Below are positions 19,113 to 29,930 of a DNA stretch of 60,721 nucleotides, one piece after another. A program made the translations under genes and the position numbers. Positions within the stretch are counted from its first letter, which is position 1, and each line of letters starts with the position of its first letter. This DNA comes from a virus (taxonomy: Duplodnaviria > Caudoviricetes). Under the pieces are notes generated by a model. The model was not told where the DNA came from. It saw only the letters and a list, made by a program, of their open reading frames with translations, and did not search any database. Location of the stretch: positions 1 to 60,721 of IMG/VR virus record IMGVR_UViG_3300042503_002233. One strand, 5' to 3'.

Positions 19113-19928
19113 ATGAATAAAAACCAGCAAACAAAAGGAATGCCGTCAATTCTGGGCGACATTACGCCGCCATTTTCGGGGCAGACTCAACACGGGTCGT
19201 CACGCGACTTTGACACGCTTTACCCTGCGTGGCAAACGAGCCAGACGCCGGAACTGAACACAAAAATAATAGGCGCCGTCCAGCCGATCATCGACACGGC
19301 AGTCAGCAGTTACGCTGGAAACGCCGCAAGCCCGACCGTTAGAAACAAAGCAAAGATTATGGCGTTAAAAGCGCTGCAGTCCTACGACCCGAATCGCGGT
19401 AACGTAAAAACGCATTTACTGTCGCAGATGCAGAGTTTGCGGCGGCTGGCAGCGCAAGAGCAAAACATCATTTCTATCCCGGAGCAGGTCGGATTAGATT
19501 TTCAGCGGCTTGGTGCGGCGGAAAACGAGCTTCGCGACAGCCTAAGCCGCGACCCGACAGATGACGAACTCGCGGACATGACCGGGCTTTCTATACGGCG
19601 CATCAAGAAGATACGCAATTTCCATCAACCCGTATCCGAAGGTATGACAGCCCGACGAGACAGCAATAGCGATGACGACACCAACACAGACGTTGCCAGC
19701 ACGCTCCCAAACGCCACGAGCGCGACTGACGCGTGGCTGGACTTTGTATACGGTGATTTGTCGCCAGTAGATAAGCTTGTAATGGATATGACGCTCGGCC
19801 GTAACGGCAGACGCCCGGCAAGTACGCAAGATATAGCACGCCGTTTAAACATAACGTCGGGCGCTGTTAGTCAACGGGCGGCAAAAATTCAAACCATGCT
19901 TGATCAGCGGTACAAACACAATTTTTAA
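19113..19928 (+). CDS. Phage-encoded sigma70-family RNA polymerase sigma factor (divergent, FliA/SigF-like layout)
   Basis: Region 2 'ALKALQSYDPNRG', region 3 'ISIPE...ELRDSLSRDPTDDELADMTGLS..RI', region 4 HTH 'LSPVDKLVM...STQDIARRLNITSGAVSQR'. Confidence 0.85.
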   Translation: MNKNQQTKGMPSILGDITPPFSGQTQHGSSRDFDTLYPAWQTSQTPELNTKIIGAVQPIIDTAVSSYAGNAASPTVRNKAKIMALKALQSYDPNRGNVKTHLLSQMQSLRRLAAQEQNIISIPEQVGLDFQRLGAAENELRDSLSRDPTDDELADMTGLSIRRIKKIRNFHQPVSEGMTARRDSNSDDDTNTDVASTLPNATSATDAWLDFVYGDLSPVDKLVMDMTLGRNGRRPASTQDIARRLNITSGAVSQRAAKIQTMLDQRYKHNF

Positions 19929-19936
19929 GGTGTAAC

Positions 19937-20401
19937 ATGGGGCATCCCAAAGGCGGGCCAAAAGCCAAAGTCGATCCAAAATTCGAAGACCGCGTCAAAG
20001 ACCTTGAAGACAAAGCCAACGATTTTTCGGAGCATTTTCGTAATCATACGCGGTTTCGAAAATGGCACACACCCGAAAAAGTCACAGACATTTTAGACGT
20101 CCCGTCCATCGACAACCCGACATGGGACCGAAACGACATCAACGAGTTGTATTCCGAACAAATTGTCGGGAAGGCTGGTGATCAGGCCGGTTCTTTTGGT
20201 GACGCGCAGGCTATGAAGTGGCAGGCTGATTTTATGGCGGTAGAAGAGCGTGCTTTCCGTACACGGCACGCAAGCTTTGTGCGCTGCGCCTCGCTGGCGC
20301 ACGGCCGTTTAAACGGACACGGAAAAAAAAGCCTAGGCATCTTTTCGTTCTTGAAAGACGGTATAAACACCGTCATCAAGTTCGGCGGCATGAGAAAGTA
20401 G
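19937..20401 (+). CDS. Hypothetical protein
   Basis: 154-aa ORF with AAGGT RBS, inside the operon. Confidence 0.6.
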   Translation: MGHPKGGPKAKVDPKFEDRVKDLEDKANDFSEHFRNHTRFRKWHTPEKVTDILDVPSIDNPTWDRNDINELYSEQIVGKAGDQAGSFGDAQAMKWQADFMAVEERAFRTRHASFVRCASLAHGRLNGHGKKSLGIFSFLKDGINTVIKFGGMRK

Positions 20402-20408
20402 GCGCTTT

Positions 20409-20930
20409 ATGGCATTAGCCGATTACGTAAACAGGAAATACGACTACTTAGCGCTGCAAAACACCACGGCTAAGACGGTCGGCACGAGAGAAAAAAAGCT
20501 CGGGCTTGAGCTTTTTAACAAAACTACGTCTGGACAATTAACCACGGGCGTTCAAAAACTAGCGCAACGGTGGCTACTAGAGTTTATGACAGAACTTGGC
20601 TCGATGCCGGGTCTGCCAAACCGCGGCACAAATTTTATGCGCGCGGCCAGAACAGGGCAGTTTCGCGTGCCCCTAAACGTACAGGCAGAATTTGCCGTGG
20701 CCGAAATAAACATCCGTCGAAACCTGTCGGCAGAAGAAACAGCAAACATGCCAGATGACGAGCGGTATGCCGACTCCGAGGTGCTGAACATCGCTATTTT
20801 ACCCGGATACGACGTGTCGGAGGCCAGCGGCACATCTGCGGTGTTTTTGTCTTTAGGTGTTAGAATTACAAGCCGGGCAGGCGACACCAGAGAAGTCATT
20901 CTGCCTATAGAAATAGTGCCGCGAGGCTAA
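20409..20930 (+). CDS. gp25/GpW-like baseplate wedge protein
   Basis: 'TGVQKLAQRWLLEFMTELGS....RGT.F' motif; precedes the J-like gene. Confidence 0.65.
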   Translation: MALADYVNRKYDYLALQNTTAKTVGTREKKLGLELFNKTTSGQLTTGVQKLAQRWLLEFMTELGSMPGLPNRGTNFMRAARTGQFRVPLNVQAEFAVAEINIRRNLSAEETANMPDDERYADSEVLNIAILPGYDVSEASGTSAVFLSLGVRITSRAGDTREVILPIEIVPRG

Positions 20931-20932
20931 AT

Positions 20933-22582
20933 ATGCCACTTGAAATAACCAGCTTGCGAGAATTGTCGCCGGAGCAGATTGCGGCCGTGACAGCTACGTT
21001 GTCGCAGCTTATGCAGGAGCGCCACCCAGAAGTAGAGCTAAGTCGCGGTGTATTTCACGACTTGGTGCTCTATTTCAATGCCGTTTTAAACGCGGCTGTA
21101 AAAGAAAATATTGATCGCGTCATGCAGAGCAACAGCCTGCTAGCGATTACACAAAATCCGGCGTTAGCTGAAGATGCGCTGGTCGATCAGGTATTGTCAA
21201 ATTTTAACGTTACGCGCGACCCCGGGTCGCGGGCTACCGGCTCCGCTACGTTTGTTTTCTTGCTCGACAGGCAAACTGTAATTCAAAACGACATCGACTT
21301 CTCCGCGAACGACCGGATTTTCCGCGCGGCGAGCACTTACACATTTTTGCCGACGGGTAGTGTGGCCACTAAAACAAATGAACGCGTCTTGCTCGCGGTG
21401 GGTGACGGCACGTATTCCGCGTCGATTCCCATGCTCGCGACAACCGTGGGGGATGCGAGCAACATCCGCCGCGGTACGCCGTTTACCGCAAACGCCAGCC
21501 CCGGTAACGTGTCAGCCGTTTTTGCCACAAGCGATTTTGTTGACGGCAAAGACCCAGCAACAAACGAAATGTATTTGAAAAAGCTGGGCGACGGGCTAAC
21601 GGCAAAGACAATCGGTAGTCGAAAAAGCTATGAGGCGTTTATTCGAAGCTACCCGGAATACAGAAATATTTTGCACTGCTCTGTGCTCGGCTGCGGCGAC
21701 GTCGAGCAGCAGCGCGACCAGCACAGCATTTTCCCGATCTCAGGCGGCGGGAAAGTAGATATTTATCTGCAGACAAATTCGTCTGCGCAAGAAATTGATC
21801 ACACGCTAGAAGCTACGTACGTCGGCGTTAGCGAGGGCGGCACTATTTGGCAGGTTTCTATCCCTAAAAACGCGGCGCCGGGTTTTTACGACATAACCCG
21901 TGTCGCAAAGATTGGCGACTCCACGACCAACGGTTATGCCGTTGTACAAGACCTTCGCAACGTAGACTTGTCTCAAGCGTCGTTCGCTCCTGATATTGTC
22001 CACGTGTACGAGGGCGTGTACAGCCGATATCAGGCCGCCATTATTCGTTTTGAAGACTCCGACACGTTGTCATCTGGTTTGACCGTAAACAAGAGCAAGG
22101 CGCTATACACAGTGACTACACGAGGTATGCCGCTCATCGGAGATATACACGACACGCTCACGGCCCGCGATAATCGGCCGCGGGCTACGGACATTCTTGT
22201 GAAGGCGGCCGTGCCGTGTTTTACTCGGATCGCTTTTGAAGTTCGCACCGAGACAAATGAAATCATCAGCGCAGATAAGCTGCAAGAGATTAAAAAAGCT
22301 GTTGTTACTGCGGTGGCTGAAGTAGGCTTTTCTGGGCAGTTGCACGCCTCGGTTATTGCGAACGCTGCCCATAAGTTTTTAACAGGCCGGCAAGCTGTCG
22401 GGGCGGTTGATATGTTTGGTAAAATCCGGCGGCCAGACGGCACATACGCGTATCTGCGTGACAACACGATGTTAGCCATTCCGAACGACCCCACGCGTCT
22501 AGTCACGGGCCGTACAACGGCTTTTGTTGTGGGCGTCGACGACGTATCTATCTCGTACTCAGCCGCTGGCTTTACGCTCTGA
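20933..22582 (+). CDS. Baseplate J-like (gp6) wedge protein
   Basis: 549 aa; 'GVFHDLVL', 'NFNVTRDPGSRATGSATF', 'FVDGKDPATN', 'GGKVDIY' motifs typical of Baseplate_J. Confidence 0.75.
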   Translation: MPLEITSLRELSPEQIAAVTATLSQLMQERHPEVELSRGVFHDLVLYFNAVLNAAVKENIDRVMQSNSLLAITQNPALAEDALVDQVLSNFNVTRDPGSRATGSATFVFLLDRQTVIQNDIDFSANDRIFRAASTYTFLPTGSVATKTNERVLLAVGDGTYSASIPMLATTVGDASNIRRGTPFTANASPGNVSAVFATSDFVDGKDPATNEMYLKKLGDGLTAKTIGSRKSYEAFIRSYPEYRNILHCSVLGCGDVEQQRDQHSIFPISGGGKVDIYLQTNSSAQEIDHTLEATYVGVSEGGTIWQVSIPKNAAPGFYDITRVAKIGDSTTNGYAVVQDLRNVDLSQASFAPDIVHVYEGVYSRYQAAIIRFEDSDTLSSGLTVNKSKALYTVTTRGMPLIGDIHDTLTARDNRPRATDILVKAAVPCFTRIAFEVRTETNEIISADKLQEIKKAVVTAVAEVGFSGQLHASVIANAAHKFLTGRQAVGAVDMFGKIRRPDGTYAYLRDNTMLAIPNDPTRLVTGRTTAFVVGVDDVSISYSAAGFTL

Positions 22583-22589
22583 GCCAAAA

Positions 22590-24467
22590 ATGAAAAAAAA
22601 CGAGTATGTATATCCGGGCTCGGACCTTGATCGCAGTAAGGTGCTCATATCTCTGCTAGGGAGTTTTTGGTCGCGCACGTACACCGGCATAGATCAAATT
22701 CACTCGCATGTCGATGCGACGGCTTATACTGTCGCGCAGTCCCACAGAAATCTTTTAGAAACCGTGGCTGCGCTAAGCCGGTACGACGTGCCGCTATTTC
22801 ACGAAGAGACGATAGCCCCGGTGGCGATTCGCCGAAGTCAGTTGAATTCGGCTGCGACAAATACGACTCGTTTTGACCGCACAGCAGAAAAAATTGATGC
22901 CGGCCTGCAGTTTGACAAGCCGATGCAAGGTGAACTGTTTTCTTTTCCGCTGCCGGCCAGTTTCCGCGGAGCGACCGCACTACTCAATAAGATTACGTAC
23001 CCTACTGTCGCGCTGCTGGAAAACATCGACTTCTCCGTCGACCTGTCGCGTAACGCGCTTGTATTTACCAGCAATCCTTTTGACAACGCTGGATTTTTCC
23101 GTCGTGTTGTGGCGAACGGCAGCGAAACGGATGAAGAAATCACACTGTGGGCGTTCTACGGAAAATTTGACTACGAGTATGTGTTCCGGCAGTTTGCGTA
23201 CGCGGTGGGAATCAAGCTGCGCACAAGCCAAAATTATAAAGACCTGACGAACGCGATATTCAGCAGCTTCGTCGACGGCGGCGCGTCCGCAAAAAACTTA
23301 GACCTCGCTATCGCAGCAATCTGTGGCATCCCGGTCGTTATTGACCCGCAGGAGACAGTGGAGGTTGTGGAATACGACGCGACAGGACTGCTCGTCGTTA
23401 CCGATAAAAACGTCTATAAATTTCACGAGGACGCCGAGCCGGCCGTCAGCGCCGGGATGCTTGTCCGCGCCGGCGATCCTCTTGTGCGCGCCTTCGAGAT
23501 CAACGAATTTTTTGTCGGCGGCACGTATTTAAAGGACATAGACGACCCGATTGATAGGCCGACTACGACAAAACTATTGACAACGAATTTTTATGAGACG
23601 CTAACGGCTGAAGACAGTATCGACGACTTAGTGGTGTCCGCACCACCATCCTGCCCGGTCAAAAAAGACTTAATGGCGTTAGCGCTCGACAACAACTTCT
23701 TATCGACCTGCTTCTACGGTGACCTTGTATTTGAAAACAAAGTTGTGCCGTTGATCGTCGACACCGAACACCCAAGCGGGTATACATTTGTTCGGTTTGC
23801 GGTCGGCGGTTATCCGGCAGACGTAGATCGCTTTTTTCAGGAAATACATGCCCGCGGTGTCGAATCAGCAGAGACAAACCGAACAACGTGTTTTTTACAC
23901 CCCAACGAATATCGCACGTTTTTAGACCTACCCGAGACAGGGCTTGTAGACAAAATTTACAAGACGCTAGACGATAACAGATATTACGACTGGATACCGG
24001 TAGACCCTCGCCCAGAATCGGGGCCGACGGGTAGGTACGAGCAGATTACGCAGTTGCCGCCATTTAAAAAGCTGGGCACGCTGGCGCACCTGCTCGACAA
24101 GCGCCGGCAGCCCGACGGCGAGCCAACAGAGAAGAACTTACCCAAAGAAATAAACCCGCTGCTGTTTATCATCGAAAACGTGCTTAGAAATAACGTTTTT
24201 GTCGTCAGAATCAATGTTTCGGCGCTGGGACAAAATCGCCTCGGGCTGTACAATATACGGCATCTGCGGCAGGTTGTTCCTCCGCAGACAGCCATGATTG
24301 TCGTATTTGAATTAGCGGCAAAATCTGACAAAATCGACGCTGACGAGTACGTTCCTGACGCGTTAACAACTTTTACCGGAATCGAACCACAACTTGACGT
24401 TGTAAACGAAACACACGTAAAAGACCTTGGGGTCCTAATTAACCGGATATCAGGCACGTGCCAGTGA
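22590..24467 (+). CDS. Putative baseplate wedge protein (gp7/tail-I-like)
   Basis: ATG at 22590; 625 aa following the J-like gene; C-terminal 'LRQVVPPQT' resembles the P-A-H/T motif of this class. Confidence 0.5.
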   Translation: MKKNEYVYPGSDLDRSKVLISLLGSFWSRTYTGIDQIHSHVDATAYTVAQSHRNLLETVAALSRYDVPLFHEETIAPVAIRRSQLNSAATNTTRFDRTAEKIDAGLQFDKPMQGELFSFPLPASFRGATALLNKITYPTVALLENIDFSVDLSRNALVFTSNPFDNAGFFRRVVANGSETDEEITLWAFYGKFDYEYVFRQFAYAVGIKLRTSQNYKDLTNAIFSSFVDGGASAKNLDLAIAAICGIPVVIDPQETVEVVEYDATGLLVVTDKNVYKFHEDAEPAVSAGMLVRAGDPLVRAFEINEFFVGGTYLKDIDDPIDRPTTTKLLTTNFYETLTAEDSIDDLVVSAPPSCPVKKDLMALALDNNFLSTCFYGDLVFENKVVPLIVDTEHPSGYTFVRFAVGGYPADVDRFFQEIHARGVESAETNRTTCFLHPNEYRTFLDLPETGLVDKIYKTLDDNRYYDWIPVDPRPESGPTGRYEQITQLPPFKKLGTLAHLLDKRRQPDGEPTEKNLPKEINPLLFIIENVLRNNVFVVRINVSALGQNRLGLYNIRHLRQVVPPQTAMIVVFELAAKSDKIDADEYVPDALTTFTGIEPQLDVVNETHVKDLGVLINRISGTCQ

Positions 24468-24474
24468 GGGACGC

Positions 24475-25110
24475 ATGACAGACGATACGATTAGCGGCGG
24501 CAACGGCGTCCGCGGGCACATAACGCTGTGGCAAATCGACGAGACCACGGGTCTTAAAGTCCCGGTGGGCTCGCAGAAAAACCAAATTCAATATTCGTGG
24601 GGCTTTATTGCCGCGAAACAGATCGGTTACAGACCGAACCCAGAGCGCTACAACTACAACATCTCCGCCGTGTATATCGAGTTCGAAAATCAAACAGACC
24701 CCGAAGTCGAAATATCTGTAGCGCCGTTTTCGCGAGACCTTGGCATTGCGTACTATAACGACTTGGCGGAATCACCCAACCGCGACTTTTTACGCATTCC
24801 GCTGATCATAGAGCCTGCTGGCGGTGTCTCCAGCGGGTACGAGGCGAAACTTCCGACAGAGCAACAACTCAATAAGCTGACGTTTTTTGTTCAAACTGTC
24901 GGCACACAGGGTGTACACGGAAAAACATTCAGCCATAACGCAGAAGGCGGCACAAGTAAAGTGTACGCCGCGGCACTCGTAGCTGCGCCGCTTTACAGTG
25001 ACAGAACAAAAGACGTTGTTTTTGCTCGCACCATGTTCATCCCGTCGAATCAAGTAACAAAAGAAGCGTCATCGCAAATCGGTCTCACGTGGGACATTGC
25101 GTTTGAGTAA
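24475..25110 (+). CDS. Putative baseplate/tail-collar protein
   Basis: 211 aa; 'KNQI' near the N-terminus and 'VFART...VTK...LTWDIAF' at the C-terminus, a pattern common in myophage baseplate proteins. Confidence 0.5.
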   Translation: MTDDTISGGNGVRGHITLWQIDETTGLKVPVGSQKNQIQYSWGFIAAKQIGYRPNPERYNYNISAVYIEFENQTDPEVEISVAPFSRDLGIAYYNDLAESPNRDFLRIPLIIEPAGGVSSGYEAKLPTEQQLNKLTFFVQTVGTQGVHGKTFSHNAEGGTSKVYAAALVAAPLYSDRTKDVVFARTMFIPSNQVTKEASSQIGLTWDIAFE

Positions 25111-25132
25111 ATAACATAGCCGGAGGACAAGG

Positions 25133-27331
25133 ATGTCCGCGAACTGGCCCCACAACATTAAGCACGTAACGCCCGGCGAGCCCGTACAGGCTGGCATTGT
25201 CGGACGCCCTGACCGCACCTTAGAGGAGCGGACGGAGTATTTGAAGGAACGCCTCGACGCGGCCGAACTCGGTCGCGCAATTTTCGAGGTGGACGCCACT
25301 GTATCTCCAGACGTGCTTCCCGGCCAGCCGGTGTACTGGAACTGGAGCACAAATCGCTACGAAAAAGCGCTCGTAGCCGTCGAACAAGACCCCACGACGC
25401 AAGTATTTTCGACTCAGCCGTCCAGCGAATGCGTTGGCATGTGCTATCGCAAAAAAGCAGCCGACCGCGCTGACATTGTGTTGCGCGGTTTAGTTGTTTT
25501 TAACGATCTGGCAAACGCCATCGGCCCGACGGTCGAGCCGGGTAAGTATTACTTGTCCGCGGTTGAAGCTGGGAAGCTGTCGAAACAAAAACCGCCAATC
25601 ACGGTCGTTGTGTGCCATGTGCAGGGCCCGCGCGATAACTGCTCAGACAAACTGCGCGTTATCGTCATGCCTCAGACGCGCGACTATGTCGAAGAACACA
25701 CGCACTACCGCTTTGATCTTTTTCCAAAGCCGTGCGGAACGAACACTTTATACACGGATGACGACGGCGAGCAACGCCACCGCATAGACAATGTTAACCC
25801 TGAACTGCAAGGCTGGTTGCCTGCCGATCATCCAACCTTTCGCCGCGACCCGGACGATGCGACAACAAATTACGCGCCGCCCGGGGCGATTTTTGGCTAC
25901 AACCTGAAAAAACACGCTGCCCTAAACAGAGTGTGGCCGCCCATACCGATTCAATCGGTGTCAATGATTTGGGACAAAGGTCTTAATCTTGTCGGCGCAA
26001 CGGAGATTCCGCTTGGTGCTTCTGGTTTAGCCGTCTGCGACGTCAATGGCATTTGGTGGATGAGCAACTGCCAAGGCGACGTGCCGTGGCCGGCTAACTG
26101 GACGCCGGATTACAACACCGGTTCCGGTCTTGGCGACGAATGCCCGCGCAACGAAGTTATGCGCGTGGTCGTGATCTACCTGCGCATGTTGCTCGGAAAT
26201 GATCGCAGCGTAGTGACCAGTCTCGTGCAGGACGTAGACACAGTAGACGGCGAAACAATCGTTGCGCCGGTCGCGATTACAAACTGCGACGATTTGCCAG
26301 CCTCGACGGGCGACCTAAAGCTCAACGTTGATTTGCAATTTGCAAAAACAGAGGCCATTGGCGGGCAAGCCGTAAAAGGCGTAACGAATCGGCATCAGCT
26401 TGCTCGGGGCTGGGTGGCAGAAGGCGTTGTCACAACCACGCCGACGTATTTAACAGTAACTGGCTCGCGCAGCGCGTCGATGCCGGTGTCGGTTTCCGTA
26501 GCGCCAGAGGCGATTTTTACTTGCGCTAATCATGGTTTTACAGCCGGAACAAAAGTGCGTCTTGTACCGGGCGCGGCCAGCACGCTCCCGTCCGGCGTAC
26601 TGGCAAATACAGAATACTTCGTTCTCGACCGCGACCTCACGACAAATTCTTTCAAGTTGTCGTCGTCAGCTAAAGGAACACCGCTTACAACCACAGCCGC
26701 CGGCGTCGGTACGTTTCGGGTTATATCCGGCCGCTACCTGACGGACGCAGAAAAAATTAGTCTGGGCATCGGCACCACAAACAAAATACCTGTGCACCAA
26801 GGGCTGTTGCGCATTGACTACACAGACGATCTTGTAGAGCGAGAAATATCACCGCAAATAATCCGCTTAAGTGACACAGTCGAACGACTGTATATGGACA
26901 TTCCGTATCTGGGTTTTCCGGCTGGGCAGAACTCGTTGCTGCGAATCCGACTTAACGTGCCAGAAGTAAATGTCGATCAGAATCTGAAAATGAAGATTCG
27001 TGTTCGGCTATTCGGGCGGGACGGCAGTCCGACGACAAATACAGCCTTGCCGCCGATGTACATGTCGTATCGCCGGCTTCCGCGACCCTACGCTAGCACG
27101 CTGCCACTTCCGACAGTTGATACAGACATTACGTTCTTAGATGACGTATCGCTGCCGACGCACCCTGTGCTGCCAATCGACACGGCAGTCGAGCGGGACA
27201 GCGAAGAATTCGGCGTGCAGGCCGGAGACACTGTGCTCGTAACGCTCGAACGTCGCGATAACAACGCGTACGACAATGACGTGGGGGTTTTACGCATCGC
27301 GGGAATCGTCCGCAGCGCCGATGGAGTATAG
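25133..27331 (+). CDS. Putative tail fiber/baseplate-attached protein
   Basis: 732 aa; N-terminal 'GEPV.AG...P...LEERTEYLK' fiber-anchor motif; internal 'NHGFTAGTKV...LPSG...TEYFV...FKLS' module; GGAGG RBS. Confidence 0.6.
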   Translation: MSANWPHNIKHVTPGEPVQAGIVGRPDRTLEERTEYLKERLDAAELGRAIFEVDATVSPDVLPGQPVYWNWSTNRYEKALVAVEQDPTTQVFSTQPSSECVGMCYRKKAADRADIVLRGLVVFNDLANAIGPTVEPGKYYLSAVEAGKLSKQKPPITVVVCHVQGPRDNCSDKLRVIVMPQTRDYVEEHTHYRFDLFPKPCGTNTLYTDDDGEQRHRIDNVNPELQGWLPADHPTFRRDPDDATTNYAPPGAIFGYNLKKHAALNRVWPPIPIQSVSMIWDKGLNLVGATEIPLGASGLAVCDVNGIWWMSNCQGDVPWPANWTPDYNTGSGLGDECPRNEVMRVVVIYLRMLLGNDRSVVTSLVQDVDTVDGETIVAPVAITNCDDLPASTGDLKLNVDLQFAKTEAIGGQAVKGVTNRHQLARGWVAEGVVTTTPTYLTVTGSRSASMPVSVSVAPEAIFTCANHGFTAGTKVRLVPGAASTLPSGVLANTEYFVLDRDLTTNSFKLSSSAKGTPLTTTAAGVGTFRVISGRYLTDAEKISLGIGTTNKIPVHQGLLRIDYTDDLVEREISPQIIRLSDTVERLYMDIPYLGFPAGQNSLLRIRLNVPEVNVDQNLKMKIRVRLFGRDGSPTTNTALPPMYMSYRRLPRPYASTLPLPTVDTDITFLDDVSLPTHPVLPIDTAVERDSEEFGVQAGDTVLVTLERRDNNAYDNDVGVLRIAGIVRSADGV

Positions 27332-27341
27332 GTGAGCCGCT

Positions 27342-28283
27342 ATGCCTATTGGAAATTGGAATCTACAGTGGCTCAACCATAACTCGCAGCGGTCATATCC
27401 GCTGACGACGTGGGCAACAAAAGTAGACGTAAAAGAAGCGATTCGGCTTCCAGACAGCTTTATTGTCGCGATGTATCTCCCAATCAGCGCCACGATAAAC
27501 GCAGACACAAGCCGCTTTTTCTTAAAGAACGTCCTAATCAGCCCGACAGGTTTTAACATCACTGTCGGATACTTGAACGCCGAAGGTGACGCGATTGACG
27601 TCGCTGCCGCCAACATTGCGCGCGCGACATACGCGCCGAACAGGGCATATGCGCTCGGCGGTATTGACGAATTTAACGACACTATCGGTCATGTTGTACT
27701 CGGAACTTTAGACGAGATAGATAAGCTCGCGCCCGGATACTATACGTTCGACCTAGCCGGCGGAGCGTTAGAAGCAGACGTTATCAGGCCAAACATTCGT
27801 GGCGTATCCCGGCTGCGCGTAACAAATAACAACCAAAGTAGCGAGTACATTTATGGCGACGTAACGCTCGTCGCGGGCACAAACATTCGCATCAGCGTGG
27901 CGTACACGCCCACCGACACGAAAATAATTTTTGACGCTATCTCAGGCTTGAACTTAAACGCAGACTGTATTTGCCCTACGCCAAAAGAAGGCGAGTGCAT
28001 CCGTTGCATCAACGGCGTCTGCAGCGATAACGGCACGTTCACGCTTATCGCGAACGAGTGCGTTCAGTTGGCTCCGGGAAATAACAGTCTGACTCTCCGT
28101 GATGTGTGCGCGCAACCATGCTGCGGCTGCGCCGAGCTTGACGAGTTAAATACGCAAATTGACCGCTTCAGAGACGGCGTAACGACACTGCAAAACTTCG
28201 TAAGCCGTTTAAGCGCAGAGGTAACACAAATGTCACTCGTCGTGCTTGGAAGCAAGATCGGCGACACCGGCTGCGGCAACTGA
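27342..28283 (+). CDS. Cys-rich virion protein, paralog 1
   Basis: N-terminal 'WLNHNSQRSYPL'; 'IRCINGV..DNG.F.L'; CCGC followed by a coiled coil. Confidence 0.6.
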   Translation: MPIGNWNLQWLNHNSQRSYPLTTWATKVDVKEAIRLPDSFIVAMYLPISATINADTSRFFLKNVLISPTGFNITVGYLNAEGDAIDVAAANIARATYAPNRAYALGGIDEFNDTIGHVVLGTLDEIDKLAPGYYTFDLAGGALEADVIRPNIRGVSRLRVTNNNQSSEYIYGDVTLVAGTNIRISVAYTPTDTKIIFDAISGLNLNADCICPTPKEGECIRCINGVCSDNGTFTLIANECVQLAPGNNSLTLRDVCAQPCCGCAELDELNTQIDRFRDGVTTLQNFVSRLSAEVTQMSLVVLGSKIGDTGCGN

Positions 28284-28291
28284 GGTGAAAC

Positions 28292-29929
28292 ATGGCGCAG
28301 CAAACAACCGCCGATGACAACGCGGGAATCGGCGTCGGCGTCGTGCAGCCGCAAAGCGGATTAGATTATCCTTTTGTTGCGCCGGGGCTGAACGCGAATC
28401 CGACGTATCTGTTAGACGTCAGAGAATTGTTCGCGGATTTCTATTTGTCGTATGACGATCCCGGCTATTACCGGGCAGAACCGGGCGTTGCACACCCGTT
28501 ACGTATTTACTGGCTTTACGGCTTTGGCGATGGCCCCGCATGGTCTGCCGGCGCCCAGCCTATAAGCGACATTAGTATTCCGGCCCCGGAACACGCAAAA
28601 GATTTAATCGTCGTCGATAGCCAAGATAATGTCGTTTTTAACTCCACGCTGGCCGACGAGTACACCGAGACCGTATGGGGCACGCATTACAAGATTTTTG
28701 AGTGGCGCCGCACGTTCAATCCAACGGCAACGACTACGCGGGTAGCCGTGTGCCGCGCAGTTCAGTTTTTGAACCTGCACACAAACACAGCCATTCCCGA
28801 TCGCCCCATCGAGTTCTGCCCGCGAAACGCCGTGCTTGACGAGCGCACGATTGAAAAAATTCCCAAGCGTATTTTGGCGTTGCGTGTGCAAAACGGCAAT
28901 TGCGTTACGCCGTGGTTTAACGAAAAAGTCACGCTGGTGAACGGCCACAACACAGAAATAGACCTCGGTGAGTCTGCGTCGATTTTGACTAACGTTCCCA
29001 CGCTTACAACAAGCTTGCGCGGTAACAACGACATAATGTTTAAGGCCGTTGCCGGTTCTGGTTTTGGGCAGTTTGGACTGTGCGCAACAGGAATTTGCGA
29101 CGACGCGCCGCCGACCAATGTCTGCCCGCCCGGACAAGACCCGGCCGTTAAAATCTGCAAAGACGTCGAGGGAGAAGAAATCAAGTCGCTCAACGGGGTC
29201 GCACCTGACGCGAACGGCAACATAAATCTGAACGCGAACGACTGCCTTTTCGTGCGCAAACCGGCAGCATATACCGCAGATACACCGCATGATTACGCCG
29301 TAGTAAACGGACAAGAAACTCGTTCGGTTATTCACGTCGGAGCCGATTGTCCGCCCTGCTGCGCCTGCGACGATTATTTATCGACGGCACTCTATCTAAA
29401 AGCCGTACGCGACCAGTACGCGGTAATTGGCGAAAGAGTAGGCGCGTCGCAGCAACTTCACGCGCAAAACGTAGCGCGATGGAACGACCAGCGCGTTTGC
29501 CGGACTAAGAGGCCGTTGCGGCTTATTCTCGTGCCACAGCCGTGTCCGTGCATGGACGTCGTGGCTATGTACTGCAATCAGTGCGAAGATTGTTCTGAGA
29601 GCGTGCGCTTAACCATTGTTTTCGACTCCTCTCCGGGCGGCGGATCGGGCACGGTTGACCCGCGTTACACACAGATCGTGGGTAACGATTTCAGCGTGCC
29701 GGCAACGTTGAACGGCGGCTGGCCGGTGTTCTCAGTCGACTTCCCAACCGTTAAATCTGGTGAATCTGTTTACGTCAAGTTTCGATTGTGTTTTTGCCCG
29801 TCTTATCCTTACGCTATACACGGCAGTTTAACTGGGATCAAAAGCACAGGCCCAATCAAAGCTGGCTGTGAACCTGAAGCAGACGCCGCGTTAGCAGAAG
29901 CAAATCAAACTTTAGATTGCGAGCTTTAA
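28292..29929 (+). CDS. Cys-rich virion protein, paralog 2
   Basis: 'LDYPF', 'IKSLNGVAPDANGNINL', 'CPPCCAC' plus coiled coil. Confidence 0.6.
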   Translation: MAQQTTADDNAGIGVGVVQPQSGLDYPFVAPGLNANPTYLLDVRELFADFYLSYDDPGYYRAEPGVAHPLRIYWLYGFGDGPAWSAGAQPISDISIPAPEHAKDLIVVDSQDNVVFNSTLADEYTETVWGTHYKIFEWRRTFNPTATTTRVAVCRAVQFLNLHTNTAIPDRPIEFCPRNAVLDERTIEKIPKRILALRVQNGNCVTPWFNEKVTLVNGHNTEIDLGESASILTNVPTLTTSLRGNNDIMFKAVAGSGFGQFGLCATGICDDAPPTNVCPPGQDPAVKICKDVEGEEIKSLNGVAPDANGNINLNANDCLFVRKPAAYTADTPHDYAVVNGQETRSVIHVGADCPPCCACDDYLSTALYLKAVRDQYAVIGERVGASQQLHAQNVARWNDQRVCRTKRPLRLILVPQPCPCMDVVAMYCNQCEDCSESVRLTIVFDSSPGGGSGTVDPRYTQIVGNDFSVPATLNGGWPVFSVDFPTVKSGESVYVKFRLCFCPSYPYAIHGSLTGIKSTGPIKAGCEPEADAALAEANQTLDCEL

Positions 29930-29930
29930 T

